DNA from: Spirochaetota bacterium
Lineage (GTDB): Bacteria > Spirochaetota > UBA4802 > UBA5550
Assembly (NCBI GenBank): GCA_963663865.1
Contig: OY760686.1
Span: forward strand, 2,368,001 to 2,432,000
Direction: 5' to 3'
DNA length: 64,000 nucleotides
Part shown: piece after piece, positions 49,646-61,233 of the stretch
How positions within the stretch are numbered: position 1 is the stretch's first letter
Layout of the letters: each line of letters begins with the position of its first letter
The notes under the pieces: model-generated
Told to the model about the DNA's origin: nothing
Seen by the model: only the letters and a program-made list of their open reading frames with translations
Databases searched by the model: none
Position numbers and translations under genes: made by a program

Positions 49646-50103
49646 AAATGTTCCACTCCTTTAATTGTATTTGTTTTAATCGTATATAAAACATCTTCCG
49701 GTTAACCCGGCACGAATAAACAACAGGAATCTCTGAATGCCCGTAATTAAGAAATGAAAGGACGTTTCTGAAGGACATGCCAGAGGAGTGAATTACACAA
49801 GGTCAAAATCAATATCTTTTAACTAAACGGAATCTCCTGAAATTAAAATCACATATTAAAAACTAAAACAGGGATTAGGGATGTCAAGTTATTTTCGATA
49901 AGGACTGCCAATAGATTCTCTGAATTAGGCGTATATCACATGAGATCTTATCGATCCATGCAAAACTGATTTGATAACAGGATAATTCTGAAAACTACTT
50001 TACCGCTATATAAAGCAGATTGTTGCTGAAACGGCCAAATACTAAATACAGCATTATCAACTCCAAATCAATAAATCAGACAGCAGAAGCACGGATTTTT
50101 GTT

Positions 50104-50132
50104 TTGACTTTTCACATTCTCCAGACTAAAAT
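50104..50132 (+). promoter_or_regulatory. Sigma70-type promoter of the MCP gene
   Basis: TTGACT-N17-TAAAAT. Confidence 0.55.
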
Positions 50133-50155
50133 CATAATCGCCTGGAGGCGATTAC

Positions 50156-52159
50156 ATGAAATCAATTAGAACAAAGATGATCGTGCTTTTTGGACTCTCA
50201 ATGTTTGTGCTCATGTCCCTTACGGCCGCTGTCATAGTCTATCGTGTAAATTCAACTTTCATTCCCTATGCGGAGGAATCGGCAGGAAGGATCGGCGAAG
50301 CTCGTTCTGATGAAATTGGAGAACTGCTCAATAGTTACATGAGAGAAATCAAGTCTCTTTCGAAGCTTGATGCTTTCATATCAGGTAATATAAATACCGC
50401 TAAAGACTTATTCAAAAACATTACACAGGATTATAACAGTGATTTTGACTACCTCATATATGCCATCCCTTCCGGAAGGTTGGTTACCAGCCTCCTGGCA
50501 GAAACGGATGTAACTGACAGGGATTATTTCAAGGCAATAATTGTTGAAGGAAAGGATTCATTTACGAGTATGCCGGCAATCTCTAGAACAACAAAACGTC
50601 AGGTGTTTTATGTGGTATCATCAGTCAAAAACGCAGCTGGAAAAACCGTTGCTCTTCTCGGCGCAACGGTGAAACTTGATACTTTGACACAAATCGCTTC
50701 CAGAATCAAAATCGGGGAAGCCGGTTACGGGTGGCTTGCTGACGGGACAGGTTTAATGATAGCCCACCCTGACAAGAAAGCGATTATGAAACTCAATTTA
50801 TTAAAAGCTTCAGATTTCGGATACGTTAATCTTGATTCTGTCGGCAAAAACATTGTGAACGGCAAACAGGGTATTTCAAATATCGTTTTGCCCGACGGAA
50901 GAAAGGCTGTAACCATTTACAACCCTGTCAAAAACTCTCCAAACTGGTCGCTTGGTATAACAATACCCAGATCAGAGCTGTTATCCAGAGGCTATTCTCT
51001 TCTTAACACCATCCTTATAATTATCTCTATTATTATCGCATGTGTTATTGCTGTTATACTGATTCTGGCTAAATACATTTCAGACCCTTTAAGAGCATCT
51101 GCCGAACACATTGAACGGATTGGTAACGGAGACTTAACAATTACAGTCAGTGAGAAGTCAATGAGCTTCCAGGATGAACTGGGCATAATCTCAAGAGCCA
51201 TCAGCAAAACCGTTTCGTCAATCAAAACCATGATTGAGAATGTCCAGGTTCACGCCTCAGAGCTGACAGATTCATCCCGCGAAATGAAAAACACAGCTGT
51301 CTCATTCGCGGACAATGCGCAGAATTCTGCTTCAGCGCTGGAAGAACTCACAGCTGCCGTTGAAGAAATCTCGGCGGGTATGGACTCTGTTACTGCAAAC
51401 GCCGATGTCCAGACATATAAACTGAATGAGCTGATGAGCAAGATGGAAAACCTTACTTCAGTAGTCAGCAAAATGGGCGAGTTAATTAATGGGGCTCTTG
51501 AAAGAGGAAAAGACATTTCCAGAATGTCCGGAGAGGGGGCACTTGTACTGGAAGCAATGAACAAATCAATGGCCGCCATCACGGAAAGTTCAGGAGACAT
51601 GGTAAGCATTATAAAAATCATCAATGATATCTCTGAGCAGATAAATCTCCTGTCTTTGAACGCAGCAATCGAAGCTGCCAGGGCCGGAGAAGCCGGTCGC
51701 GGATTCGCTGTAGTTGCAGATGAAATCTCAAAACTTGCGGACCAGACCTCGCTCAGTCTGAAAGACATCGACAGGCTTATCAAGGAAAACGGGGAAGAAA
51801 TCAACCGAGGGAAGGAAACGATTGAGATTACCACAAGTACAATTCGCTCAATTACCGGTGCGATTGATTCTATCACAGCAAATATCGGCATGATATCAGA
51901 GCAGATGGATATTCAGACTGCTATTTATGGTGAAGTCCAAAATGGAGCAGGTTTTGTTAAATACAGTTCAGAAGAGATAACAAACTCTATGGGTGAACAA
52001 AAAACAGCGATGAGAGAAATAATGCAGTCTGTAGCCGACATAAACGATACAACTCAGCAAAACGCCGCGGGGGCCGAGGAGATGTCCGGCTCAATGGAGA
52101 ATCTTTCTTCGCTTGCAGTGAAGCTTTACCAGGAATTAGGCATTTTCAAGGTTAAGTAA
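50156..52159 (+). CDS. Methyl-accepting chemotaxis protein with dCache sensor
   Basis: TM-Cache (DRDYF, G..IAHPD)-TM-HAMP; [21 protein letters not shown]. Confidence 0.93.
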   Translation: MKSIRTKMIVLFGLSMFVLMSLTAAVIVYRVNSTFIPYAEESAGRIGEARSDEIGELLNSYMREIKSLSKLDAFISGNINTAKDLFKNITQDYNSDFDYLIYAIPSGRLVTSLLAETDVTDRDYFKAIIVEGKDSFTSMPAISRTTKRQVFYVVSSVKNAAGKTVALLGATVKLDTLTQIASRIKIGEAGYGWLADGTGLMIAHPDKKAIMKLNLLKASDFGYVNLDSVGKNIVNGKQGISNIVLPDGRKAVTIYNPVKNSPNWSLGITIPRSELLSRGYSLLNTILIIISIIIACVIAVILILAKYISDPLRASAEHIERIGNGDLTITVSEKSMSFQDELGIISRAISKTVSSIKTMIENVQVHASELTDSSREMKNTAVSFADNAQNSASALEELTAAVEEISAGMDSVTANADVQTYKLNELMSKMENLTSVVSKMGELINGALERGKDISRMSGEGALVLEAMNKSMAAITESSGDMVSIIKIINDISEQINLLSLNAAIEAARAGEAGRGFAVVADEISKLADQTSLSLKDIDRLIKENGEEINRGKETIEITTSTIRSITGAIDSITANIGMISEQMDIQTAIYGEVQNGAGFVKYSSEEITNSMGEQKTAMREIMQSVADINDTTQQNAAGAEEMSGSMENLSSLAVKLYQELGIFKVK

Positions 52160-52177
52160 TAATCTTTCAGATTAAGA

Positions 52178-52210
52178 GCCTCAGACAGAGAGACAGATAC
52201 TGTCTGAGGC
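52178..52210. terminator. Hairpin between convergent MCP and GH78 genes
   Basis: gcctcagacag...ctgtctgaggc 11-bp stem. Confidence 0.6.
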
Positions 52211-52340
52211 GCATCAATCCTATCAATGTATATGTAAATATATCAATCTTAAAGACTTAGTAAGGCTATAATTATCCACTTAATCTGGAGAAAGGATTTG
52301 ACTCCCCCCAGATTAAGCCTCAAACAACTACACAGTACAG

Positions 52341-55300
52341 CTATTCAACTTCACTAACAAACTCGTAATTGCCCGATTCCAGCTCAATAACAACACATCC
52401 ATTTTCAAACCCTTTCACAGCAAGGCCTTCAGTTTTTGAAAGTGATCTGCCGCTTTCCTTAACATCATCCTGAGACAGAGCAGGCAGGTACAACGTCGCC
52501 GAAGTATTAGCCGGAACAGACACATTGTATTTAAAGTCAGTGCCATCAAGCTCCCATGCTGACTCAATAGTACCATACATGGAGTCATAATGACCTTTCG
52601 CGTATGTCATATCACCCCCGAATTTGGGCTGCAATATGAAATGCTTGAAACCGGGACTGTCCTCATCACGCCGAATTCCGAGAGAATAATTATACATCCA
52701 TGCCCCTATAGCACCCAGAGAATAGTGATTAAAGGAATTCATTCCATTATTTCCTCCGAAGCCGTCCTCAACTGTATAGGAGTTCCATCTTTCCCAAATT
52801 GAGGTCGCACCATTTATTACGGGATAGAGCCATGAAGGATAATCCGTTGATTCAAGAAGCCTGTAGGCAGTATCGTCATATCCATAAGCGCTCAAGGCCG
52901 GACATAGAGGCCCTGTCCCTATAAAACCCGTTGTAACAATATAGCCAATATCCTCGCTCACTTCTGCAAGTCTTCCTGCCGCAGCTGTTGCATGCTCGTC
53001 ACTGAACATCCCATATGATAATGGCAGTGAATATGAAGCCTGAGTATCCTGCACGGTTCCGTCATATGCCCGCGTAATATGCGCATCCGTTACGTACAGC
53101 TCATTCCACTCTGACTTAATATTATTAAAAAGAGCAGCGTATATTTCCGCATCAGACGACTCACCCATTGCACCGGCCATTTTAGACATGCAGTTTACCA
53201 TAAAACCATATATGGCCTCTCCCAGCATCTCAGTATCAGTCGATACATAGGAGAGATGGTCTCCAAGCATTCCAGTCTGGCCTGTCATATACTCTGTGCC
53301 CGGTTTCACATTTGCTCCGAGATAATCAATAAATGTTTTCATTGAGCTGTAATGGCTCCTGATCAGCTGAATATCATTATACTGCTGGTAGAGCTCCCAC
53401 GGGATAATCACTCCGGCAGCAGACCATGCCAGACCAAGTGAAAATGATGATCCATAACTCGGTGCATATGATGGATACATATTATTCTGATCATCCCTCA
53501 GGATTCTAATATAATGCCTGAAAAACTGGTCAACATTGGCATTAAAAGTAGCAGTTCGGGCAAAAACCTGCGCGTCACCTGACCAGCCCATCCTCTCATC
53601 CCGCTGAGGACAGTCAGTAGGAATACTCAGAAAATTTCCCTTCTGTGAGCGCAGAATATTTCTGTAAAGCTGGTTAACATCGGGATTTGAGCACTCATAG
53701 TTTCCAGTTAGGCTGTCGACAGAGCTTAATACTATACCCTGCACATCCGATACAGGCAGAGGAGAATCTATTCCGGTTATTTCCAAATACCTGTAACCAT
53801 GGAAGGTAAACCTCGGGTTATAGGTTTCCCCAGACAAACCTCCTTTCATTATGTACGTATCAGTCGAAAGGGCCGCCCTCAAATTTTCAGTGAGTATCAT
53901 CCCCACCATGCTCTCACCGTTCATGTCCTGATACTCAGAAAGGTCAGGATACGTTATCTCAGCCGTTCTGAACACAACTTTTGTGCCCGCGTCACCCTGG
54001 AGTGTAACCCTTGGGACTCCTACCATATTCACGCCCATGTCATAGACGTATACACCGGGTCTTGGTTCAGTATATGACCTGGCGCTTATAACCTCAATTT
54101 CCTTTACCGCGTTTCCTATCTGTGATACAATTTCAGGATCAGCTGTCGACCCAACAAGAACAGACTCCCCCCACGCACTGTCATCAAAACCCGCTTCTGA
54201 CCAGCCGCTTATCGCGGCCTCTTTTCTCGCATCGTAGTTCTCTCCGCTAAAAAGTGAAGCATATGTAACGGGGCCGTCTCCATAATACTTCCAGTCCCCT
54301 TCCTTTGAAACAATGATATCAGAAGCTCCACTCTCATAGTTGATGAGAAGTTTAATCTTAACTGACTGTCTCGCTCCGAAATAGTTATAGTTAGTGAGAG
54401 TATATGTCATCTGATCGCTGAACCAGCCGGAAGACAGAACAGCACCAACTGCATTTTCACCACTTACAATCAAATCAGTTAAATCGTAGGTCTGATAGGT
54501 TATGTGCCTGTTAAAGTCGTCACTACCGGGAGCTAACCAGTCAGAACCGGCCTTTTCTCCATTTATATACAGCTCATAGATGCCGCGGCTGCAAACATAA
54601 GCTCTGGCGCTCTTTATTCCGCTTCCGGCTGTAAAGCCCTTTCTGAGCATTGGACACGATGTATGACTCGGATCTTCATAAAACATAACGCCAGAACTGC
54701 CGCCGTCAATGGAAAGTGAGCCATTTGCAACAGATACTGCGCTTCCATCCACATGTGATGAAAAAATCCCATTATATCCGGAATTATACTCCTCTGAAAA
54801 TACTACTGCTTCCGGTTGCCCATACTCCTCAACTCTGAGCCCGCTGAACACCGCCAGCTGAGATGCATCAACAGAGAACCCTATATTGTTAAGCCTCGGG
54901 TAACATGGTACATCCTGTATAGCGTTAAGAGGATTCAATGTCCTTCCGCTGAGCGTTGTTCCTCCCCAGCCAGTTGTTTCCTGACCATCAACAAGTGTAC
55001 CGTCAATATATGCAATAACGCTGTTTCCGGGACATACAAGCCTGAATGTATGAGACTGATTTGCATTCGTGCTGTTAATAACTGAAGAAGGAATATCAAC
55101 ACTCCCAATCGGCAATGATTCATTGACCGCACCGAGGAGAGAATCAGGACCGTATCCAACCCTGTAAATATTGAGCTTTGCGGCATCCGGATCAGTAATA
55201 TCAAGTTCATACTTGATGTAGTTCTCTCCTTCAATACTGTAGTTATTCTTATTTCTGTCAAGAAGCCGTGGATCTGCTGCTCCAAAAACAAAACCGGCCC

Positions 55301-55865
55301 TGGTTGAACCTGCATTGATAACCATGCTATACTGTATTGTAAACACCGGTTTTGATGCAGCATTGAAGACATATTCATCCCCTCCAATCCATTCAGCATC
55401 GCTCCAATTTTCAACTCCGTCAGTACTCATCAAACCTGTTTCGAACCATGAAGTAGAAGACAGCTTTTTGCCGTCGCTGTCTGTAACAGTCACTGTCCAG
55501 TTATATTTGGATGATGGTTTGAGACCCAGCCCCGAATAAGGAATCCCAAGCGAAATATCGCCCGAAACAACACCGCTGTTCCATATCTCCTCACCACCGT
55601 CTTCAACGACTACAATCTGGTAGTCAGTCTGACTGTATCCTCTCTGCCCGGCAGGTGCGGCAATCTGCCAGCTGAAAAGTGGACTATTGGAATCAACACC
55701 AAGCGGTATTTCCGTATAATCGACCATCATTTTCTCAACTGAGCCTGTCTTTCTGCTCTTTGAATCAGAACTGCACCCGACCACAACAAGCAACATCAAC
55801 ACTGCCATAGTCGAAAAAGCGGGCATCAACTTTCTTATAAACATCTTAAACTGCAGTAACATCAT
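52341..55865 (-). CDS. GH78 alpha-L-rhamnosidase-like lipoprotein
   Basis: Start ATG 55865 (AAGGAGG RBS); VVG-C lipobox; IPTDCPQRDERMGWSGD, GATSIWERW, SFNHY. Confidence 0.9.
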   Translation of the reverse strand: MMLLQFKMFIRKLMPAFSTMAVLMLLVVVGCSSDSKSRKTGSVEKMMVDYTEIPLGVDSNSPLFSWQIAAPAGQRGYSQTDYQIVVVEDGGEEIWNSGVVSGDISLGIPYSGLGLKPSSKYNWTVTVTDSDGKKLSSTSWFETGLMSTDGVENWSDAEWIGGDEYVFNAASKPVFTIQYSMVINAGSTRAGFVFGAADPRLLDRNKNNYSIEGENYIKYELDITDPDAAKLNIYRVGYGPDSLLGAVNESLPIGSVDIPSSVINSTNANQSHTFRLVCPGNSVIAYIDGTLVDGQETTGWGGTTLSGRTLNPLNAIQDVPCYPRLNNIGFSVDASQLAVFSGLRVEEYGQPEAVVFSEEYNSGYNGIFSSHVDGSAVSVANGSLSIDGGSSGVMFYEDPSHTSCPMLRKGFTAGSGIKSARAYVCSRGIYELYINGEKAGSDWLAPGSDDFNRHITYQTYDLTDLIVSGENAVGAVLSSGWFSDQMTYTLTNYNYFGARQSVKIKLLINYESGASDIIVSKEGDWKYYGDGPVTYASLFSGENYDARKEAAISGWSEAGFDDSAWGESVLVGSTADPEIVSQIGNAVKEIEVISARSYTEPRPGVYVYDMGVNMVGVPRVTLQGDAGTKVVFRTAEITYPDLSEYQDMNGESMVGMILTENLRAALSTDTYIMKGGLSGETYNPRFTFHGYRYLEITGIDSPLPVSDVQGIVLSSVDSLTGNYECSNPDVNQLYRNILRSQKGNFLSIPTDCPQRDERMGWSGDAQVFARTATFNANVDQFFRHYIRILRDDQNNMYPSYAPSYGSSFSLGLAWSAAGVIIPWELYQQYNDIQLIRSHYSSMKTFIDYLGANVKPGTEYMTGQTGMLGDHLSYVSTDTEMLGEAIYGFMVNCMSKMAGAMGESSDAEIYAALFNNIKSEWNELYVTDAHITRAYDGTVQDTQASYSLPLSYGMFSDEHATAAAGRLAEVSEDIGYIVTTGFIGTGPLCPALSAYGYDDTAYRLLESTDYPSWLYPVINGATSIWERWNSYTVEDGFGGNNGMNSFNHYSLGAIGAWMYNYSLGIRRDEDSPGFKHFILQPKFGGDMTYAKGHYDSMYGTIESAWELDGTDFKYNVSVPANTSATLYLPALSQDDVKESGRSLSKTEGLAVKGFENGCVVIELESGNYEFVSEVE

Positions 55866-56106
55866 AAACTCCTCCTTGTTTTTTTTGAGGAGAAGCCTAA
55901 CACAGGTCATTCAGGTAATGCTATCCATTCAAAGATAAACTGAATTCGGGAGCCTTTCATTTCAAGACTTCTACAGATAAGACATATTAATAGCCTTGGA
56001 GAAAGGAATATCGTTGATTTTTAAATAAACTCGGGTAATATTATCAATAATGACTTTGTTTATTCAACTTCAACATTCGTAGATTACTTATTTCCCGGGT
56101 AATATA

Positions 56107-57279
56107 ATGGCACATAGGATTCTTTTAATCTCAATACTGTCACTACTCTCATTGTCAGCTGTAATGCTTATCAATGTGCTTAATAAAACTAATGATAATG
56201 TCGATCAAACCAATCCTCAAAAACCATTGATTTACTATATTAACTTTTTTAAATCCAATAGCTCTCTGATAGAGAAATCTAAATCCCCTGAAAAATTAAA
56301 CTTCAGAAAATTTTTTTCATACTTTAAAACATTCAAAGAATTCACAATATCAGCAGCTAAAGACCTGGGATACGATATAGAGTTTATAAACATTAACCCT
56401 GATAGGATGGACGATGAGCTTAATGACTACCTCACCTTGAGAAAACCTGAAGGCATAATATTCGGCGGGATTTTTTACAACTCTGCATCTATACTTGAAT
56501 ATCTTGAAAAACGTAGAATTCCTTCAATAGTTCTGAACGGACCTCCCCATGGCTATTCCGGCCATCCCCGGGAAAAATACAAGTACTGGATAGCAGCTAT
56601 TAATCCTGATGAATACAGCGCAGGATATGAACTAGGCAAATTGCTGATCAGGCGGGCAAATAAAATAATATCGAACAGAGAAAAAGATATTCATATTTTA
56701 GCCTTTATGTCTGACTATAAACCACTTGAACAGCGACTGACCGGTCTTGTTGCTGCAGTTTCTGAATCACAAGATGCAGTCATAGACCAGGTTGTAGACC
56801 TATCTTTCCCATCACACGAAGATGTTAAGAGTAAATTTATCTACATGAAAAAATACAGATACCCGGGTGTTAACATCGTCTGGTGCTTCTCCGATACCAC
56901 AGCGCTTGCTGTCCTTGATGGCGCCAGAGAACTGGGACTGACACCAGGCAAAGACATTCTGATTGGAGGAATTGACTGGATTGAAGATGCAACAATCGAA
57001 ATTAGAAATGGGACAATTGAAGCCAGTATGGGAGGGCAGTTGGCCATCGGAGCCTGGGCTGTAATTTTAATCCATGACTACACCCATAAAAAAGATTTTT
57101 TTAGTGAACAAACTGAATTCAAAATAAAGATGTACGCTGCCGAAAAATCGAATATTGACAGTTTTTGTGTTATAAAGAACAAAAACTGGAGTAAAATCAA
57201 CTTTAAAAAATTTTCAAAAGTACTCAACCCTGAATTGGTGAAATATAATTTTGATATTCTTGCAATAACTTGTGAATAG
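56107..57279 (+). CDS. Periplasmic sugar-binding (RbsB/LacI-fold) protein
   Basis: PDEYSAGY, R..GL..A, WCFSD..A, PGKDILIGGIDW, SMGG. Confidence 0.75.
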   Translation: MAHRILLISILSLLSLSAVMLINVLNKTNDNVDQTNPQKPLIYYINFFKSNSSLIEKSKSPEKLNFRKFFSYFKTFKEFTISAAKDLGYDIEFININPDRMDDELNDYLTLRKPEGIIFGGIFYNSASILEYLEKRRIPSIVLNGPPHGYSGHPREKYKYWIAAINPDEYSAGYELGKLLIRRANKIISNREKDIHILAFMSDYKPLEQRLTGLVAAVSESQDAVIDQVVDLSFPSHEDVKSKFIYMKKYRYPGVNIVWCFSDTTALAVLDGARELGLTPGKDILIGGIDWIEDATIEIRNGTIEASMGGQLAIGAWAVILIHDYTHKKDFFSEQTEFKIKMYAAEKSNIDSFCVIKNKNWSKINFKKFSKVLNPELVKYNFDILAITCE

Positions 57280-58408
57280 AAGTACTGGAACAATGCAAAA
57301 CAATTATATTCAGAAATTCATACTTGTATCTGCCGTCCTTATAATTTCAGGCGCCGCGATTATTATTTACTCATGCAAAAAAAACAATGAAACTGATTTC
57401 GATTCGCTCCGGGAAAGAGCTGAAAAGCTGACAGATGAAATCATTCTCTCAATGGGCAGCAATCCTTTTGACAAACTCGAAATAGATAAGGCATTCTATA
57501 ACAATACTGATATTAGTGAAATAATCATAAGGAATAACAGTGGAGCCATTGTCGCTAAGTATTCAAAGATAATGGACTATCAGAATTTCTGCGACATTGA
57601 AAAAGAGATTAAGAAACATGGCACTCTTGTGGGAAACCTCAGACTGAAGCTTACCGACCACAGCTTTTTTATGGAATGCCAGAAAACAGCCGACCGCATT
57701 GTCACAGCTAATAGCGATAACGTCAGCAACTACAACATGAATGATTTGAAATCTTCAGCAAATGTTTTCTTCAAAGACAAAAATATAAAAAAACTGCATA
57801 TTAAAGATATCTATGCCAATACGTTTATCGATCTTAACAGAGAAGCAGAGCCTGTGCAAGGTTCTATTGACATAAGGAGAGCTTTTTATCACAATGGATT
57901 TAGGACTGCCGAACTTCTTGTATCATTCTCAGATATCTCTGAAACTGAATCTGGCAAGTCTGGTAGTTCTATTTTAATCATAGTTATCTTCATGCTGCTT
58001 ATAATCGGAGCAATTATTGTTTTTTTAAATTATCGGACCTTTAAAGACACAAAACCATATCTTACCGAAAAGAGTAAAATAATATCTGCCGATTCAAAAG
58101 AAAAAATCGAATCTGCGATTGAATATATCAAACACAATTACAACAGAAGCATCAGTCGGGAGGGACTTGCCTGCATGGTTTCAATCAATCCTGATTACCT
58201 GGGCAAACTCTTCAAACAGTATACCGGCCTGCGGCTCAACGACTACATCAACAAGCTCAGAATTGAAAACGCGGCTGTTCTATTGAAATCGACCGGAAAA
58301 ACTATAACAGAGATTGCCTTTGAGGTCGGCTTTGACAGTATGAGTACTTTTTACAGGATTTTTTCTGCATTAGAAAAAACTACTCCTAAAGACTTCAGGG
58401 AAAAATAA
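57272..58408 (+). CDS. Membrane-spanning AraC-family regulator
   Basis: Two TM segments around an extracytoplasmic domain; C-terminal YLGKLFK...LRIE.A..LL...ITEIAFEVGF. Confidence 0.85.
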   Translation: MNRSTGTMQNNYIQKFILVSAVLIISGAAIIIYSCKKNNETDFDSLRERAEKLTDEIILSMGSNPFDKLEIDKAFYNNTDISEIIIRNNSGAIVAKYSKIMDYQNFCDIEKEIKKHGTLVGNLRLKLTDHSFFMECQKTADRIVTANSDNVSNYNMNDLKSSANVFFKDKNIKKLHIKDIYANTFIDLNREAEPVQGSIDIRRAFYHNGFRTAELLVSFSDISETESGKSGSSILIIVIFMLLIIGAIIVFLNYRTFKDTKPYLTEKSKIISADSKEKIESAIEYIKHNYNRSISREGLACMVSINPDYLGKLFKQYTGLRLNDYINKLRIENAAVLLKSTGKTITEIAFEVGFDSMSTFYRIFSALEKTTPKDFREK

Positions 58409-58559
58409 GATGATTTAATGAAAGAACATAGTACACCTTTGATTAACAGACCGCTGGAAAAGCAGGAGACAATTCGTACTTGTTCCATATTAAAACCATT
58501 TACATGCATCCTGTAAACACACATAATATATGCGAGATTAATGAATGATCCTTCATTAA

Positions 58560-60152
58560 TTATCTGTCAAATTTTTCATTCAATTTAAAATTATTAATCA
58601 ATGACATAAGTTCCTGTGATAGGTTATGCATTTCTCTGCTTGCATAGGCCGTGTTTTCGGCCAGTAGTGAATTCTGCTGTGTCATTGAATCCATGCCGTT
58701 AATCAAGATGTTTATCTGGTTAATCCCTTCCTTTTCCTCGAAGCTTGCGGCAGAAATTTCGGAAATAAGGTCCGACACGTTACTGATAGCCGATACTATT
58801 TCGATAAGAGAATCACTGCTTTTGCTGGCAAGCGTCACTCCCTTTTCGACTTTATGCAAAGAGTCATTAATCAGTGTTTCTATCTCTTTCGATGCGTTTT
58901 TTGAACTTTGTGCCAGAGTCCTGACTTCTCTCGCAACGATAGCAAATCCCCTTCCGTGTTCCCCGGCTCTTGCAGCCTCAATTGCAGCATTAAGTGCAAG
59001 AAGATTTGTTTGAAAAGTTATTTCGTTGATAACGCCGACAATCTCAGCAATTTTTTTGCTTGAATCCTTTATTTCTATGATGGCGTCAACTGCCTCTTCA
59101 ACAATTCTTCGTCCTTCATTTGCAATATTCGAAGTTTTCAAAGATACTTCTTTTGCCGTTTGGGCATTGTTTGCTGTTTCAGAAATTGTCCTGGCTGTCT
59201 GTTCGATTGTAGATGCAATTTCTTCCAGGTAGGCAGCCTCTTCCGACGAGCGTTTTGAAAGGTCTCTTGTCCCGTCCGAAATACTTTCAGTACTTGATGT
59301 TATTTTTCGAGCTGTTAAAAAGGATTGAACAACAAGATCGTGAATTTCCGTTACAAATCCGTTAAAGTAGCCGGCCATTTCTCCAATTTCGTCATTCGAT
59401 TTTGATTCCATATGCGCGGTGAGGTCGCCCTTCGCACCCCTGAGCAGAAGGATTAATGCGTTAATCGGCCTGAGTATTTTTCTTTTAAGAATCTTTCCGA
59501 AAATGATATTTATTATAACAATTATTAAGACAGAAGATGCAAGAAGGATGGAAATCAGTTTTTCGGTTTGGGCTATTTCATTTTTTACGATGTTGATTGT
59601 TGTTTTTTTTGAATATATAGAGTTGGAAATAAAGCCTTTAAGTTTTTTCAAGCTGTGATCAACATGAAGGTTAAAATGACGTATCGCCTTACCCTGATCC
59701 CCGTTTCTATACAGGTTAATACACCTGACTATATTGGTCCTTATTTCCAGTATGACCGGTTCATTTTCGGTAGCGAACGAGATATCCTCAGCAATGCTGT
59801 ATTTTTCGGCTGTATTCTTGTATTCTTCAAAAACGGAAAAAATATTCTCATTTCTGGCAAAAAGCTCGGATATTAAATCGTTTTTTCTGTTGTAAATAAT
59901 GTTCAGAATTTCCGCTCCTGATTCACTCAACAGACTGTTGAGCTGCAGGGATGCCTGGTTCTGATCATTATATTTATTCAGAAGGTTATTCTTTTTATCC
60001 AGGATGCCGTAGAAAACGAGCATTGCAGCAATCAGCACAAAAATGTAAAAAATATTGATTACGTAGATAGTAGTTATTTTCCTGTCTATTACCCTTCTGG
60101 CTTTGTTTGCCTTCTCCGCTTTTTCTTTATTTTTCTTCTTTTTCTTTTTCAT
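58560..60152 (-). CDS. Methyl-accepting chemotaxis protein
   Basis: TM-helical sensor-TM-HAMP; [24 protein letters not shown]. Confidence 0.92.
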   Translation of the reverse strand: MKKKKKKNKEKAEKANKARRVIDRKITTIYVINIFYIFVLIAAMLVFYGILDKKNNLLNKYNDQNQASLQLNSLLSESGAEILNIIYNRKNDLISELFARNENIFSVFEEYKNTAEKYSIAEDISFATENEPVILEIRTNIVRCINLYRNGDQGKAIRHFNLHVDHSLKKLKGFISNSIYSKKTTINIVKNEIAQTEKLISILLASSVLIIVIINIIFGKILKRKILRPINALILLLRGAKGDLTAHMESKSNDEIGEMAGYFNGFVTEIHDLVVQSFLTARKITSSTESISDGTRDLSKRSSEEAAYLEEIASTIEQTARTISETANNAQTAKEVSLKTSNIANEGRRIVEEAVDAIIEIKDSSKKIAEIVGVINEITFQTNLLALNAAIEAARAGEHGRGFAIVAREVRTLAQSSKNASKEIETLINDSLHKVEKGVTLASKSSDSLIEIVSAISNVSDLISEISAASFEEKEGINQINILINGMDSMTQQNSLLAENTAYASREMHNLSQELMSLINNFKLNEKFDR

Positions 60153-60187
60153 AAATCAACCACACCGGAACAGATGCAAAAATACTA

Positions 60188-60226
60188 AGTCATTCCTGCC
60201 CCCGGAGGACTGAGACAGGAATGACT
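60188..60226 (-). other. Intergenic hairpin between NHL and MCP genes
   Basis: agtcattcctg...caggaatgact 11-bp stem. Confidence 0.5.
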
Positions 60227-60242
60227 CCAGGACTGCCGAAGA

Positions 60243-61181
60243 CTACTTTGCAGGTTTGAATTTCTGGATCCTGTTGTTGGCGCTGTCAGCCACGTAAAGA
60301 TTGCCCTGACCGTCGGCTATTATGCCGTGAAGGTTTCCGAATTCTCCCTGTCCGGTCCCTGCCTTTCCCCACATCGTGATAAATTTTCCGTCTTTGTCGA
60401 ATTTCTGAATTCTGTTATTTCCAATTTCGCTGATAAAAATATTGTTATCCTTGTCGATTGCGACACCTGCCGGTTTTCTGAATTCACCATGCATATTTCC
60501 CGATTTACCGAATGTTTTAAGGAATTTGCCCTGAAGATCATATATATTCACCCGGTCATTGCCAAGGTCAGCCACCACTATCTGATTGAGTGAATTAGCT
60601 TTAGCAGCTTCCGGTCTCCTGAGACCTCCGCCGTCAGAGCCCTTGTCACCAAAAAGAAATTTAAACTCTCCGTTCAGGTCGAACACATCCACCCTGTTGT
60701 TGCCGGCCTCGGCCATATAAAGAAGGTCATTTGAGGCTATAGACATGAACTCTGATTCCATATTCTGACCCGGTCCGGTGCCGTATTCACTGAATGTTTT
60801 AACCCACTTGTAATCCTTATCAAATATTTTGATAAACCCGGTCACGTAGTCCGCAACATATATTCTGCCCTTCTTATCAACTGCAATTCCTTCCGGTTTA
60901 GCCAGCTCATCATTGTCCTTACCATTGCCTTTTTTCCCGAATTTGGTTATAAATTTTCCGTCTTTGGAGAAAACCTGGACATTGGCATTCAGAGCATCCG
61001 TAGCAAGCAGATATCCATTTTTATCAAAGGCAAAGTCTTCTACATACTGGAACTGTCCGTCACCCGTACCCTTGGTCCCCCACATTCTATCAAACTCATA
61101 AGAGCTTTTTTTAGTACATCCCCCGGCAGCCATTATTATGGATAATAAAATCAAGAGCGGTATTAGACCTGATTTTTTCAT
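60243..61181 (-). CDS. NHL-repeat six-bladed beta-propeller lipoprotein
   Basis: AGG-C lipobox; repeats P.GIAVD..G.IYVAD..N.R(I/V)Q.F. Confidence 0.9.
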   Translation of the reverse strand: MKKSGLIPLLILLSIIMAAGGCTKKSSYEFDRMWGTKGTGDGQFQYVEDFAFDKNGYLLATDALNANVQVFSKDGKFITKFGKKGNGKDNDELAKPEGIAVDKKGRIYVADYVTGFIKIFDKDYKWVKTFSEYGTGPGQNMESEFMSIASNDLLYMAEAGNNRVDVFDLNGEFKFLFGDKGSDGGGLRRPEAAKANSLNQIVVADLGNDRVNIYDLQGKFLKTFGKSGNMHGEFRKPAGVAIDKDNNIFISEIGNNRIQKFDKDGKFITMWGKAGTGQGEFGNLHGIIADGQGNLYVADSANNRIQKFKPAK

Positions 61182-61233
61182 AATTTTTCTCCCTGTTATG
61201 TGTTTTAATGTTATAACAAACCAAAAATCATGT

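Noticed and set aside
51250-51891. 213-aa antisense ORF and similar shadow ORFs throughout the window
   Set aside because: Antisense to well-supported genes; explained by codon bias
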